A stretch of DNA of 59,908 nt, filler included, from 9 parts of 9 records of this genome joined end to end with filler, not necessarily neighbours in it, one strand, 5' to 3'; positions 1 through 11,236 are shown, counted from the whole stretch's first letter. Numbers and translations are program-made. Notes: a model not told the origin generated them from the sequence alone.

Positions 1-2
1 AA

Positions 3-947
3 AAATTCCTAGGACATGAACTTGTCGGAGAAGTGGTTGAAACAGGTAAAAATGTCGATAACGTAAATATAGGCGATAAAATCGCAATGCGCATCGATTG
101 GCCATCGTGCAATCAACTTGAAATTGACCCTCCCTGCAAGCAATGCGCCGCCGGCAATTACATGCTATGCGAAAACCTTGGAACGAAAGAGCTGCCTATA
201 GTCGATCAGGGTGGCGGATTTTCTCCTTATATGGTTATGCACAAAAGCCAGCCTTTCAGAATTCCCGAAACTCTGGACTTAAAATCATCACTACTTATCG
301 AGCCTGTGGCAAGTGCTGTTCACGGTGTGATGAAAGCATTACCAGAAAAAGGCAAAAAGGCTCTCGTGATTGGTGCTGGAACAATAGGACTTTTATCGGT
401 TGCCGCATTAAAACATCTTGCACCAGAAGCAGATATTTATTGCCTTGTTAGACATGATTTTCAGGCTAAGATTGCCGAGAGTCTTGGTGCAACCGTTATC
501 AGAGAAGTTGGCAATACATACAAAAAAGTAGCTGACATAACCAACGCCAAATATGTAAAAGGCTATTTCGGCAATAAAATTTTGCTTGGCGGTTTCGATA
601 TTGTTTACGATAGTATTGGAAATGACAACACGCTAAACAATTCTCTTCGCTTTGTAAGAGCTGGTGGTGATGTCGTTTTGATCGGAATCAATTTCAAGCC
701 GGGCAAAATAGATTATTCAACGATCTGGTCAAAGGAAATAAAGCTTACAGGAATAAACTGTCACGCAAATGAAACGAAAGACGAAAACTCTTTTGATATC
801 GCCGCTCAAATACTTTCGGCCAATAAATCACTGGCGGATTTAATAATCACCCATGAGTATGATATGGCCGACTACAAGGAAGCGGTTAAAAAATTCTTGT
901 CCAAAGGAGAATCGAAAGCGATCAAGATCGTTTTAAATCACAAGTAA
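3..947 (+). CDS. Zn-dependent medium-chain alcohol/polyol dehydrogenase (5' truncated)
   Basis: Frame is open from base 3 (KFLGHELVGEVV, the GHE catalytic Zn motif). Structural-Zn Cys cluster C..CKQC..GNYMLC and Rossmann motif GAGTIG. Confidence 0.9.
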   Translation, partial: KFLGHELVGEVVETGKNVDNVNIGDKIAMRIDWPSCNQLEIDPPCKQCAAGNYMLCENLGTKELPIVDQGGGFSPYMVMHKSQPFRIPETLDLKSSLLIEPVASAVHGVMKALPEKGKKALVIGAGTIGLLSVAALKHLAPEADIYCLVRHDFQAKIAESLGATVIREVGNTYKKVADITNAKYVKGYFGNKILLGGFDIVYDSIGNDNTLNNSLRFVRAGGDVVLIGINFKPGKIDYSTIWSKEIKLTGINCHANETKDENSFDIAAQILSANKSLADLIITHEYDMADYKEAVKKFLSKGESKAIKIVLNHK

Positions 948-993
948 TTGGCAATAAACACGCCATAAAATATATCAAGGATCGGAGGCTTCT

Positions 994-3462
994 ATGCTGG
1001 TAATGAAATTCGGTGGAACATCTGTTAAAAATGCGGATAGAATAAAAGCTGCGGCTAAACTGGTTGTACGAGAAAATAAAAAAACCGCAGTAATAACCTC
1101 AGCCATGAGCGGAGTTACCGACACTTTAATAAATCTTGCCAATCTTGCCAAAGCCAGAGAAACCGAAAAGGTAGAAACTTCCATAGATGCGCTTAAACAA
1201 AAACATCTTGATGCCGCAAAGGAAATTTGTGCTGATGATCATCAACTTGAAAAACTTGAACTTATAACAGGCAGACTTATTGATGAACTTTCAAAGCTTT
1301 TGCATGGTGTCCGATTACTACAGGAACTTTCTCCTCGCTCACTTGATCTCATTCAATCTTTTGGCGAACGGCTTGCTGCCCCACTTTTAGCGGCAGCAGT
1401 GGAAAACGCCGGAAAAGATGCATATCCTCTCGATTCACGAGAAATCATAAAAACCGACAACCATTTCGGTTCTGCTGTAGTTGATCTTAAACAAAGTAAA
1501 GAACTTACAAGAGAAAGATTGCTCGATCAGGTTATGGACGGAGTTGCTGTTATCACCGGATTTATTGGCAGCACATATGATGGTGAAACAACCACATTGG
1601 GACGCGGTGGAAGTGACTATTCAGCTTCTTTGGTCGGAGCTTTTGTCGATGCGGAAGCTATATGGATCTGGACTGATGTCGATGGAGTTATGACAGCCGA
1701 TCCGAGAGTTGTGCCGGAAGTTAGAGTGCTTGATGAAATAAGCTACCGCGAAGCTGCCGAGATGTCGTATTTCGGCTCCAAGGTTTTGCATCCATCAACG
1801 ATGATTCCGGCGGTTAAACAGAAAATACCGATAAGAATCTGCAACTCCTTTAATCCGGATCATCCGGGAACCATGATTTCCGGCAAACGTGAAAAGAAGT
1901 TTGAAGGTGTAAAAACAGTAACCTCAATTTCCAACATGGCACTTGTGACCGTAGAAGGTAAAGGAATGATCGGAGTTCCTGGAGTGGTCAAGCGTGTGTT
2001 TTCGGCTACTGCCGCTGTTGGTGTAAATGTTTACATGATTTCACAAGCTTCATCGGAGCAAAATATTTCATTCATAGTAAAAGCAGATCAGGGTGAATTA
2101 GCCAAAGCTGAGCTTGATCGTGAATTTGAACTTGAAATCGACAGAGGCAGGATCGACCCAATAAACCTAAAAACTCCTGTCGGTATCTTGGCCATCATTG
2201 GCGAAGGCATGCAGGGAACACCGGGAATAAGCCAAAGACTCTTTACTGCATTGGGAGTGGCAAACATAAATATTCTTGCAATCGCTCAGGGCTCATCCGA
2301 ACTGAATGTTTCAGTTGTAGTAGATGAGGAAGACCTAAACAGAGCAGTTGGTGCTGTACATACTCGCTTTGGATTATCACTTACAACTCATCTATTTTTG
2401 CTTGGCAAAGGACTTATCGGTAACACTCTAATCAAGCAGATTCTGGCAGGAAGAAACAGACTCGCCAAAGCTCACGGAATAGAACTGCGAGTTATTGGAG
2501 CTTGCGGTAAAGATGAATTTCTTTTCGATCCTTTAGGACTTGGTAACGAGCGACTCGAAAAAATCGCCAATGGGGCTTCGCTGACTGATCTTGGTGGAGA
2601 AAAAAGACCTAGCGATGATGAAATATTAGAAAAAATTGCCGACACCAAATGGCTTGATGTTGCTATTGTTGATGTAACAGCCGCCGACACAGGAGAGTTC
2701 CACAATAAATGTTTGCAACGAGGACTACATGTTGTAACTGCAAACAAAAAACCGATGTCTGGCCCTCTCGCTCTTTACAAATCAATTAGAAAAGAAGCTT
2801 TTACCAAAGGGCTTGGTTATCACTTTGAAACCACATTCGGAGCAGGATTGCCTGTCTTGTTCACCTTGCAGGATTTGCTTGCAACAAGAGACGAGATTAT
2901 CGAAATCGCAGGTTGCTTCTCCGGTACTCTCGGATATATTTGCAGTGGTATCGAAGAAGGTAGGCCGTTTTCCGAAGTCGTACTTGAAGCTAAAAAGCTC
3001 GGTTTCACCGAACCTGATCCTCGTGATGATCTGTCTGGCGTCGACGTTGCAAGAAAAGCACTTATTATTGCACGTGAAACAGGCATGGAAATCGAAATGA
3101 AAGATATTGAACTATCCGGCATGGTTCCCGATGAATTCATGGCTATTAATGATGTTGATACGTTTTTACAAAGATTACCGGAACTTGACAATGCCATTAA
3201 AGATCAGGTTGAAAAAGCCGCTGAAAGCAATGAAGTTTTACGATTCATGGCAACTATCACGCCAAAATCCGTTTCTGTCGGTCTTGTATCTGTCGATAAA
3301 ATGAGTGCGGCAGGTCAACTTGATGGACCTGATAATATCCTTATTTATAAAACGGAAAGATACAAAGACAATCCACTTGTCATCCGTGGACCCGGAGCTG
3401 GTGCTGAAGTCACAGCCGCTGGAGTATTTGGAGATATCCTTAAGATTGCGAGGACCTCATGA
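994..3462 (+). CDS. thrA: Bifunctional aspartokinase / homoserine dehydrogenase
   Basis: VMKFGGTSV, TTLGRGGSDYSA, WTDVDGV, two ACT domains, then HSDH motifs VVTANKK, ETTFGAGLP, EPDPRDDLSG and GPGAGAEVTAAGV. RBS GGAGG. Confidence 0.96.
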   Translation: MLVMKFGGTSVKNADRIKAAAKLVVRENKKTAVITSAMSGVTDTLINLANLAKARETEKVETSIDALKQKHLDAAKEICADDHQLEKLELITGRLIDELSKLLHGVRLLQELSPRSLDLIQSFGERLAAPLLAAAVENAGKDAYPLDSREIIKTDNHFGSAVVDLKQSKELTRERLLDQVMDGVAVITGFIGSTYDGETTTLGRGGSDYSASLVGAFVDAEAIWIWTDVDGVMTADPRVVPEVRVLDEISYREAAEMSYFGSKVLHPSTMIPAVKQKIPIRICNSFNPDHPGTMISGKREKKFEGVKTVTSISNMALVTVEGKGMIGVPGVVKRVFSATAAVGVNVYMISQASSEQNISFIVKADQGELAKAELDREFELEIDRGRIDPINLKTPVGILAIIGEGMQGTPGISQRLFTALGVANINILAIAQGSSELNVSVVVDEEDLNRAVGAVHTRFGLSLTTHLFLLGKGLIGNTLIKQILAGRNRLAKAHGIELRVIGACGKDEFLFDPLGLGNERLEKIANGASLTDLGGEKRPSDDEILEKIADTKWLDVAIVDVTAADTGEFHNKCLQRGLHVVTANKKPMSGPLALYKSIRKEAFTKGLGYHFETTFGAGLPVLFTLQDLLATRDEIIEIAGCFSGTLGYICSGIEEGRPFSEVVLEAKKLGFTEPDPRDDLSGVDVARKALIIARETGMEIEMKDIELSGMVPDEFMAINDVDTFLQRLPELDNAIKDQVEKAAESNEVLRFMATITPKSVSVGLVSVDKMSAAGQLDGPDNILIYKTERYKDNPLVIRGPGAGAEVTAAGVFGDILKIARTS

Positions 3463-4427
3463 GCGATATTTTAGAATCGGATGAATGGGTTGGAGCATAC
3501 GCTCCGGCAACAATTGCCAATGTTGGACCAGGATTCGATTGCTTCGGATTTTCTTTAGGAGAACCGGGAGATAAAGTTTACGCCAAACTCACAGAAGGCA
3601 GAGGTGTGCGAATCGCGGAAATGCGAGGACACTGTGAAGGAATTTCTAACATTACAGAAAACAACACAGCAGGACGCGCAGCAGTTGATCTCTGGAATCG
3701 CTATCCTGCCATCATCGACCAATGCGGACTGGAACTAGTCATTGACAAAGGTATTCGACCGGGAACCGGTATCGGTTCAAGTGCCTCAAGTGCCGCTGCC
3801 GCTGCTGCCGCTGTAATGTTTTTGATCGAAAAAGAAACAGGAGCCGAATATAGTGCGGCAAACGTTTTGGAAGCTGCTGTTACTGGCGAATCGGTTGCAT
3901 CAGGATCAAGACACGCCGACAACGTTGCTCCGTCGCTATTCGGAGGATTCACACTCGTTCAATCAACCAATCCTTTATATATAGCTCATTTCGAACCATT
4001 GCTAGATTTATATGTTGCTGCGGTTTTGCCTGATATTTACATATCCACCAAAGAATCGAGACAGGCGTTACCAAAAGAAATCAAATTGCGAAAAGCGGCA
4101 AAGCACTGGGCAAACGCTTCTGCTCTTGTTGCTGCAATGCTCACCGGTGACGAAGACTTGTTCGCTTCATCCTTTAAAGATGATCTGGTAGAACCTGAGC
4201 GAGCCAAACTTATTACAGGTTTTGATGAAGCAAAAGCCGCCGCTCTCGATACTGGCGCGCTCGGCTTTTCCATCGGCGGATCAGGACCAACAGTCTACGC
4301 AGTCACAAACGATAAGGAAATAGCCCAAAAAGCAGGAGAAGCCATTACCACAGTTTTTGATAGTCACGACTTAAAAAGCGAAAGCTTTATAAGACCATTT
4401 AATAATTCCGGAGTGAAAAAGATATGA
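3459..4427 (+). CDS. thrB: Homoserine kinase (GHMP family)
   Basis: APATIANVGPGFD, PGTGIGSSASSA, HADNVAP, GSGPT. ATGA overlap with thrA. Confidence 0.95.
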   Translation: MSDILESDEWVGAYAPATIANVGPGFDCFGFSLGEPGDKVYAKLTEGRGVRIAEMRGHCEGISNITENNTAGRAAVDLWNRYPAIIDQCGLELVIDKGIRPGTGIGSSASSAAAAAAAVMFLIEKETGAEYSAANVLEAAVTGESVASGSRHADNVAPSLFGGFTLVQSTNPLYIAHFEPLLDLYVAAVLPDIYISTKESRQALPKEIKLRKAAKHWANASALVAAMLTGDEDLFASSFKDDLVEPERAKLITGFDEAKAAALDTGALGFSIGGSGPTVYAVTNDKEIAQKAGEAITTVFDSHDLKSESFIRPFNNSGVKKI

Positions 4428-5722
4428 CAAAAAGATCCATTCTAAACTGCATAAGTTGTGGAAAAAGCTATGATACAGAAGAAGTACGTTATCGCTGTGA
4501 TTGTGGCGATCTTCTTGAAGTCAATCATGATCTTGAAAGAATAAAAGCTGAAAATCCTGATTTAAAAGCAACTTTTGAAAAACGTCTTTCTGACCGCTCT
4601 CTTCCTTATGTTTCAGGAGTGTGGCGATATCACGAAATGATTCTGCCTGACCTACCAAAGGATAAAATCGTTTCCAAACCGGAAGGAAACACAGGGCTAT
4701 ATAGTAATAAAGTTCTCGAAAAATCATTCGGCGTCGATAATCTCTACCTAAAGCATGAGGGAGAAAACCCGACCTTGTCGTTCAAGGATCGTGGAATGAC
4801 AGCAGGAGTTTCATGGGCAAATCATCTTAACATGAAACATGTCGCTTGTGCTTCGACCGGCGATACATCAGCCGCAATGGCTGCTTATTCTGCTCAGGTT
4901 GACGGTATGCAGGGAGTGGTGTTTTTACCTGATAATAAAGTTTCTCCTGAACAATTGGCGCAGGCAATCAGCTATGGCTCGAAGACACTTGCTGTCGATA
5001 CTGATTTCGATGGCTGCATGAAACTAGTACAACAAGTATGTCAGGCTCATCCCATATACCTGCTTAATTCGATGAATTCATTTCGCATCGAAGGCCAAAA
5101 GGCAATTGGAATCGAAACCATTCAACAACTAGGCTGGAAAGTACCGGACTGGTTTGTTATTCCTGTGGGTAACGCCGGAAACATCAGCGCATTAGGTAAG
5201 GGACTCAAAGAGGCTTACACGCTAGGATTAATAGATCGCCTGCCGAGAATTGCAGGCATTCAGGCTGCCGCAGCAGATCCTTTCTATTTAAGTTACAAAC
5301 AGAACTTTGAGGAAAAAATCAGCGTAACTGCAAAGCCAACTTTTGCCAGCGCAATCAGAATCGGCGATCCTGTAAGTCGCGACAAAGCATCCAAAGTCGT
5401 GAAGGATTTCGATGGAGTTGTCGAAGAAGCAACAGAACTGGAACTTATGGAAGCGAAAGCAATGGCTGATCGCGCCGGAGTCGCTGTTTGCCCGAATTCA
5501 GGGGTCGCATTGGCCGGTCTTTTGAAGCTTCGTGAAACCAATGTTATCAAAAGCACTGATACCGTAGCCGTAATTCTAACCGCCCATGGAGCGAAGTTTT
5601 CGCAGGTCGGAGTTGATTTCCACAGGGGCGCAATCGAGAATATTCAACCTTCGATAGTCAACGCCCCGGTTTCCGTGAAAGCCGAGTTCGATGATGTCGT
5701 AAATGCTTTGGGACTTAAATAA
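4424..5722 (+). CDS. thrC: Threonine synthase
   Basis: EGENPTLSFKDRG (PLP Lys), CASTGDTSA, PVGNAGN. ATGA overlap with thrB. Confidence 0.95.
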   Translation: MTKRSILNCISCGKSYDTEEVRYRCDCGDLLEVNHDLERIKAENPDLKATFEKRLSDRSLPYVSGVWRYHEMILPDLPKDKIVSKPEGNTGLYSNKVLEKSFGVDNLYLKHEGENPTLSFKDRGMTAGVSWANHLNMKHVACASTGDTSAAMAAYSAQVDGMQGVVFLPDNKVSPEQLAQAISYGSKTLAVDTDFDGCMKLVQQVCQAHPIYLLNSMNSFRIEGQKAIGIETIQQLGWKVPDWFVIPVGNAGNISALGKGLKEAYTLGLIDRLPRIAGIQAAAADPFYLSYKQNFEEKISVTAKPTFASAIRIGDPVSRDKASKVVKDFDGVVEEATELELMEAKAMADRAGVAVCPNSGVALAGLLKLRETNVIKSTDTVAVILTAHGAKFSQVGVDFHRGAIENIQPSIVNAPVSVKAEFDDVVNALGLK

Positions 5723-6532
5723 TCATTGCCTTTTGATAAGTTCGACCATCAGCTGATGGCGATCGTTAAACATTTTGCGATAAACGAAAAAAGCGAGAAA
5801 CATCGCACCCAGAGTTGTAGCGGCGCAGATCATAAACATCACAACTATTTGATATTTGACGCTTTCAAGCGGATCGGCTCCACCGATGATCTGACCCGTC
5901 ATAAATCCTGGTAATGACACAATGCCAACTACAGTCATAGAATTGATGATCGGAATCATTCCTCTTTTAAGAGCAGCGGATAATGGACGCCTTGCAGCCT
6001 CCCACTTGCTTGCACCAAAAGCAAGCTCCATTTCTACCTGCGCCCGTTTTTCCTGCAAAGATTCAAGAAAATGATCCATAGTCAGTGAAATACCGGTAAG
6101 ACCATTACCAAGTATCATGCCAAGAATCGGTACCATGTACTGTGGCTGATACCAGGGTTTGACGCTGATTATCACTGCTGTCACAATAAAAGTCGTAAAC
6201 ATTCCACAGATTAAAAGACTGATAAACGCCCTTGAGGTTGCTCCTTCAAAGGTTCGACTTGGTCGTTTTATTGCCGCCCGACCGGCAAGAAACACCATCA
6301 CAAGTGCCATCAACATGATAAGGAAAAAATTATTGAGGCTAAATATCGCTTTCAGGATATAGCCGATCATTAGTAACTGTGCAATTGTTCTTATTGATGC
6401 AATTAGTAATTGCTTTTCTAGTTTCAGCTTCAAAACCACACTGATGACACCAACCAAAACCACCAGAAGTGAAGCAAGCATCAGATCGAAAGCCGATAAA
6501 TGAATGAATCCGTTTGATGTTATTTCATTCAT
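5723..6532 (-). CDS. fetB: ABC transporter permease, FetB/YbbM (UPF0014) family
   Basis: RTIAQLLMIGYIL, PILGMILGN, GIVSLPGFMTGQIIGG and VKYQIVVMF are characteristic of the family. Confidence 0.9.
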   Translation of the reverse strand: MNEITSNGFIHLSAFDLMLASLLVVLVGVISVVLKLKLEKQLLIASIRTIAQLLMIGYILKAIFSLNNFFLIMLMALVMVFLAGRAAIKRPSRTFEGATSRAFISLLICGMFTTFIVTAVIISVKPWYQPQYMVPILGMILGNGLTGISLTMDHFLESLQEKRAQVEMELAFGASKWEAARRPLSAALKRGMIPIINSMTVVGIVSLPGFMTGQIIGGADPLESVKYQIVVMFMICAATTLGAMFLAFFVYRKMFNDRHQLMVELIKRQ

Positions 6533-7203
6533 GCGATGCCTCCTTTATTTGCGAATTCACCAAGATCAATCACTATGTCCGCGAGCCGTTCTGCCTGTTC
6601 GCTACTATGGGTAATCACAAGTGCAGACAGATTATTGTTGACAATATGATCTCGAATCAGATTTTCGGCTCCTGCTACATTGACATCATCAAGCGCGCTG
6701 GTTGGTTCATCGAATAAAAACACGTCCGGCATTAGTAGCAAACCTCGAACCAAACAAAGCCTTTGCTGTTGACCAACTGAAAGATCACGAGCATTTTTTG
6801 AAAGATCAACATCATCCAGAGAAAGAGATAAAAGAAGCTCTTTGGCCTGATTCTCTGGAAACTCTCTTTTAGATGTTTTATAGCTAAACGGGAGTTTCAG
6901 GTTTTCTTCAATGCTCATATCGAATATCACCGGTCTTTGCTCGACCATCAAGCAGCGACGTCTGAATTCCGGCCAGCCAATTTCATCGGGTGTTTTTCCT
7001 TTTAGTTTAATGCTACCCGATTGTATATCGATCAAACCGCATATTGAGCGAAAAAGGCTCGTCTTTCCGCAACCGGATGGCCCCGTGATTGCTACAATTT
7101 CGCCTTTAGCTAGACTAATATCGATATGTGATAAAATGATTTTGCTGGCAATTTCCACCGAAACATCATCAAGTTTAAGGATATTTTCTTTTGTAGAACT
7201 CAT
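6529..7203 (-). CDS. fetA: ABC transporter ATP-binding protein, FetA/YbbL-like
   Basis: Walker A GPSGCGKT, signature LSVGQQQR, Walker B FLFDEPTSALD. Translationally coupled to fetB. Confidence 0.85.
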   Translation of the reverse strand: MSSTKENILKLDDVSVEIASKIILSHIDISLAKGEIVAITGPSGCGKTSLFRSICGLIDIQSGSIKLKGKTPDEIGWPEFRRRCLMVEQRPVIFDMSIEENLKLPFSYKTSKREFPENQAKELLLSLSLDDVDLSKNARDLSVGQQQRLCLVRGLLLMPDVFLFDEPTSALDDVNVAGAENLIRDHIVNNNLSALVITHSSEQAERLADIVIDLGEFANKGGIA

Positions 7204-7221
7204 TATATATTTCTCTTTAAA

Positions 7222-7321
7222 NNNNNNNNNNNNNNNNNNNNNNNNNNNNNNNNNNNNNNNNNNNNTTAATTAATTAANNNNNNNNNNNNNNNNNNNNNNN
7301 NNNNNNNNNNNNNNNNNNNNN
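7222..7321. other. Artificial contig linker
   Basis: 44 N + TTAATTAATTAA + 44 N. Confidence 0.99.
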
Positions 7322-7375
7322 TGCAACACGTACCCAAAATCCAGCATAAATGATTTCATTTGTTTTTTCATTCAT
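7322..7375 (-). CDS. RDD family protein, N-terminal fragment
   Basis: Translates as MNEKTNEIIYAGFWVRVA up to the contig edge. YAGFWxR is the typical RDD start. Confidence 0.7.
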
Positions 7376-7493
7376 AATGATGCTTTAATTATTTTTAGAT
7401 TTGCCTTAACCTTATAAAATATCCTGCTACATCAGCGTAATCCACATATTTGTATCAAATGGACCATATCCTAAATAGATGTTTAAAACACTC

Positions 7494-7904
7494 TCACTTT
7501 TTCTTCATATCTATTAAATCCAAAATCATTCCAGCATCAACCTGTGGGTCTGGTTTTATTTTTAATATATGCGGATAATCTTTTGGATCAGTCATAAATG
7601 TCAGTATCCTGGGCCCTGATTTTAACCGTTGCGGAACTCTTTTCATTCTTTTTTTTAATGGATCAATGCTATGCTTTTTACTATTTAGTAAAGGGATATT
7701 ATCATCGATGTTCTCTGTCTTTAAAGCCTGAAATTGATGTTTAATAGAAAGGTCAACTTTATCGTTAGTGAAAGAATTTTCAGAATCCGGTGGTGAGACA
7801 CCCCCCGGTTTAGCTGATGCATACAGTACGTTTATGTCAGCAAAAAAAAGGCAACAAAAGGTCACAATAACACTAATAAAAACAGGTAACGTCTCAAATC
7901 TCAT
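7494..7904 (-). CDS. Hypothetical protein with N-terminal signal peptide/TM segment
   Basis: 136-aa ORF with RBS GGAG and a hydrophobic N-terminus. No recognised domain. Confidence 0.6.
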   Translation of the reverse strand: MRFETLPVFISVIVTFCCLFFADINVLYASAKPGGVSPPDSENSFTNDKVDLSIKHQFQALKTENIDDNIPLLNSKKHSIDPLKKRMKRVPQRLKSGPRILTFMTDPKDYPHILKIKPDPQVDAGMILDLIDMKKK

Positions 7905-8050
7905 GACAAAGCACTCCCATTGTGTTAGGGTGATAATAACCGAAATTTAAGAATGATAGGACCTGTTAAAAATGCTTCTTTCCTATAATTGTAGGACTAT
8001 ATCTAAACCTAAAAGTTCCACATTTTCGAAAAAATCAGCCATTGAAAATG

Positions 8051-9722
8051 TCACCACTTTAATTCAGGATGTTTTAAATGAAAATCTGTTGCATCCTGAT
8101 AGATTTTGGCTACTGTTAATATTTTCCCCTCATCAAAGAGATTGCCAATAAAACTGATACTGGTGGGTGTTCCTTCTTTTGAAAATCCATTTGGAACAAC
8201 AACACAGGGATGCCCGGTTAGATTTGTCAAAAGCAGGTTGTCCCCCTCCCAGGAAGGAGCCACGTACAAATCTATTTTTTCAAACAATTTTGCCATCTCC
8301 TGAATAACCATATAACGAATTCGGTTTGCGTTAATGTACTCGACCGCAGGAATAAACCTGGATAACCGGAATACATTGGGCCATGCATTTTTAATTTGTC
8401 GCACCAGCAAATCGTCTTTTCCACTTCGAGTCAGTTCATCGAATGCTGCACCAGCCTCGGCATTGAGAATGATGGCAATGTCATTAACAGGTAAATCAGG
8501 TATCTCGATCGGTATTAATTCAGCACCCAATTTTTCAAGTTTTTTCAAAGATAAGGAATCTGTTTTCTTGAATTCATAGTCTTTATTAAAATCATTTTTC
8601 AGAAATCCGATTTTTAAATCTGACAGGTTTATTTTAGGGTCATATTGAAACGGTGCCTCAATAACCGTCTGGTCCTCCCTATCCGGACCATATATGGCGC
8701 TGAATACAAGTGCACAATCTTCTGTATAACGTGTAATTGGCCCTATTTTATCCATGGTCCAGCTTAGAGCCATGGCACCATTTCTACTAACCCGGCCAAA
8801 CGTGGGTCTTAGACCAGTAACACCACAGACAGTGGAAGGCGAAACAATAGATCCCCACGTTTCTGTGCCAATGGCAAAAGGAACCAGTCCTGCGGAAACA
8901 GCAGCTGCCGAACCGGCTGAAGAACCACTTGATCCTTGTGTAATATCCCACGGATTCCGTGTCTTGCCGCCATACCAGTATTCCCCCCATGCCAATGCGC
9001 CCATTGTCAATTTGGCCACCAATACAGCCCCTGCTTTTTCAAGTTTTTTTGCTATGGTTGCGTCTTCATTTATGACCTGGTCTTTGTAAGGCATGGCGCC
9101 CCACGTTGTTTTATACCCTTTAACAGAAAAAAGATCCTTGAGCCCATACGGAATACCATGTAAAGGTCCTTTATATCGTCCCTCGGCCATGTCATCATCA
9201 GCACGTTGTGCCTGCCTGTGCGCCAGTTCCTCTGTCAATGTAATGACACATTCCAGAGTCGGACCATACTTTTTTAAACGTTCAAGACATAATGTCGTGA
9301 GCTGTACGGATGTTAACTTTTTCGTTTTGATGAGATGAGCAAGCTCACCTATTGTGTAAAAGGCCAGATCGTTGATATTTTTTGGTAATTTCGTATCCGT
9401 ATAATCACTCATTTTAAAAGAGCTTTTGCTTGAATTTACTTTAAATCCTGTTGGCAATGGATTAAACAAAACCGCTGGAGGTACCTCATTCAGTAATGGT
9501 GTTTTTCTGATATTCTGATAATTTTCCAATTGCTCCTTCAAACCCTCCTGCATGGAATCTCGTTCTGCTTTATTCAAGTCAAGATCGATTAATCCGGCAG
9601 CACTTTTAATGTTCTCATCACTAACCTGATTTTCTGTGGCAATCGAAGACACGGAGCCATAAAGGATTATCAGAAAAAGCAGGGATCATATCCTGAACCA
9701 TTTTAAAAAATGTTTTTTTCAT
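8051..9722 (-). CDS. Amidase signature family enzyme (GatA-like), probably secreted
   Basis: GPLHGIPYGLKD and GSSGSSAGSAAAV..GTETWGSI catalytic signature. The ATG at 9722 has RBS AAGGAG and gives a signal peptide if one extra C (run at 9682-9684) is removed. Confidence 0.88.
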
Positions 9723-10041
9723 TCACACTCCTTTGACATCGTTTTGTAAACAACTTTTCGTACGAACTTTTTGATAAATAATTGTTAAAACAAATATTTT
9801 CGGAAATCCCATAATAAACAACAGTTGGTTATCAGTTCATAATCCTTTTAAATGCAACTATTTTGGAGTCAAATGACTGTGTCATTTGTTGGAAGGAGTC
9901 ACTGAATTAAATGTAATATCACAGTCATTACACTCCAAATGAAATGAATATCAGAATTTTATTAGACTTTTAAAAGGATTATGCGTAACTTTTTTATCAG
10001 AATAAAAACGTTTCAATTAACACACATGAGGCTATTATACT

Positions 10042-10500
10042 ATGTTTGATTATTTAAAAAAAATATTAGGTGCTGACGAACCTGCAATGCCAGAAACACC
10101 ACAGGATATTCAGCAACATGATGTCCGGATAGCAGCCTGTGCTCTTTTTCTCGAGATGGCGAAAATAGATGACGAATTCAGTGACAGTGAGCATGAAGCA
10201 GTACTTGCTATATTGAAAGACACATACAATCTTTCAGAGCAACACGCTGCCGCCATAACAGAAGCTGCTGAAGAAGAGTTGAACAAAAGTATCGATTTGT
10301 GGACATTCACAAATATGATAAATGAAAACTTTACAGAAGATGAGAAAATAGAGGTCGTAGAATTATTATGGGAAATCGTCTATTCAGACGGTAAACTGGA
10401 CAAACATGAAGATTATCTCGTTCACAAACTGGCCGGGATGCTTCACCTTAGACATGATCAACTAATTGAAGCTAAACTCAGAATCTTGCACAAGGAATAG
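10042..10500 (+). CDS. TerB family tellurite-resistance-like protein
   Basis: AACALFLEMAKIDDEFSDSE and LWEIVYSDGKLDKHEDYLVHKLA match the TerB pattern. Confidence 0.88.
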   Translation: MFDYLKKILGADEPAMPETPQDIQQHDVRIAACALFLEMAKIDDEFSDSEHEAVLAILKDTYNLSEQHAAAITEAAEEELNKSIDLWTFTNMINENFTEDEKIEVVELLWEIVYSDGKLDKHEDYLVHKLAGMLHLRHDQLIEAKLRILHKE

Positions 10501-10510
10501 AAAAGGTAAA

Positions 10511-11236
10511 ATGAATTTCATCAGAAAAACGCTTGTTCAACTTGCCCTTTTATTATTGATTACCAACTGTGGGATAAACTTTGCATCCCCAGCTTTCACA
10601 AAACAAAAAGCAGAAAAATTTACTCAAACCGCCAAAAACGTTTTGGCTCCGGCTTATCCCTACCTGGCACAGTTTATTGTTGATCAATTTCAACTATCGC
10701 TGATCAAGGGTGTAGGGCTTGATATTGGGGGTGGTCCGGGTAGCCTGGTATTCGAACTGGCGCAACGAACCAATTCCCTTTACTGGATTAATTCCGATAT
10801 TAATCCTTATTATTTTAACATCTTTGCCACATTAGCAGAGCAAAAAAACCTGTCTCACTGTGTCGGATTTATTACTGCTGATGCCCAGTCGCTTCCTTTT
10901 AAAGACAATTATGCTGATATCATCGTATCCAGGGGATCCTTTCAATTTTGGCCGGATAAAAAGAAAGCTTTTGCCGACATTTACAGAATCCTGAAACCCG
11001 GAGGATCAGCATTCATAGGACGTGGTTTTTCGCCAAATACGCCCCTTAAAGTAGCTAAAGGTATTCGCGCCAAACAGGGCAAAAAAATGCCCGGCTATAA
11101 TATACAAGATACAGAAAATGAACTTTTAGATATTATGAAATCCCTGGGAATCACGAATTATAAAATCCTCAAGCCTGAACAGGCTGATAATAGCATCAAA
11201 TATGGCATCTGGCTGCAAATAAATAAAGAGAATTGA
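10511..11236 (+). CDS. Class I SAM-dependent methyltransferase
   Basis: LDIGGGPG motif I, ADAQSLPF, IVSRGS, RILKPGG. Hydrophobic N-terminus. Confidence 0.88.
   Translation: MNFIRKTLVQLALLLLITNCGINFASPAFTKQKAEKFTQTAKNVLAPAYPYLAQFIVDQFQLSLIKGVGLDIGGGPGSLVFELAQRTNSLYWINSDINPYYFNIFATLAEQKNLSHCVGFITADAQSLPFKDNYADIIVSRGSFQFWPDKKKAFADIYRILKPGGSAFIGRGFSPNTPLKVAKGIRAKQGKKMPGYNIQDTENELLDIMKSLGITNYKILKPEQADNSIKYGIWLQINKEN

Noticed and set aside
9686..9688. In-frame TGA upstream of the amidase suggesting readthrough or selenocysteine
   Set aside because: Removing one C from the adjacent run gives a continuous signal peptide from ATG 9722 without using this TGA.
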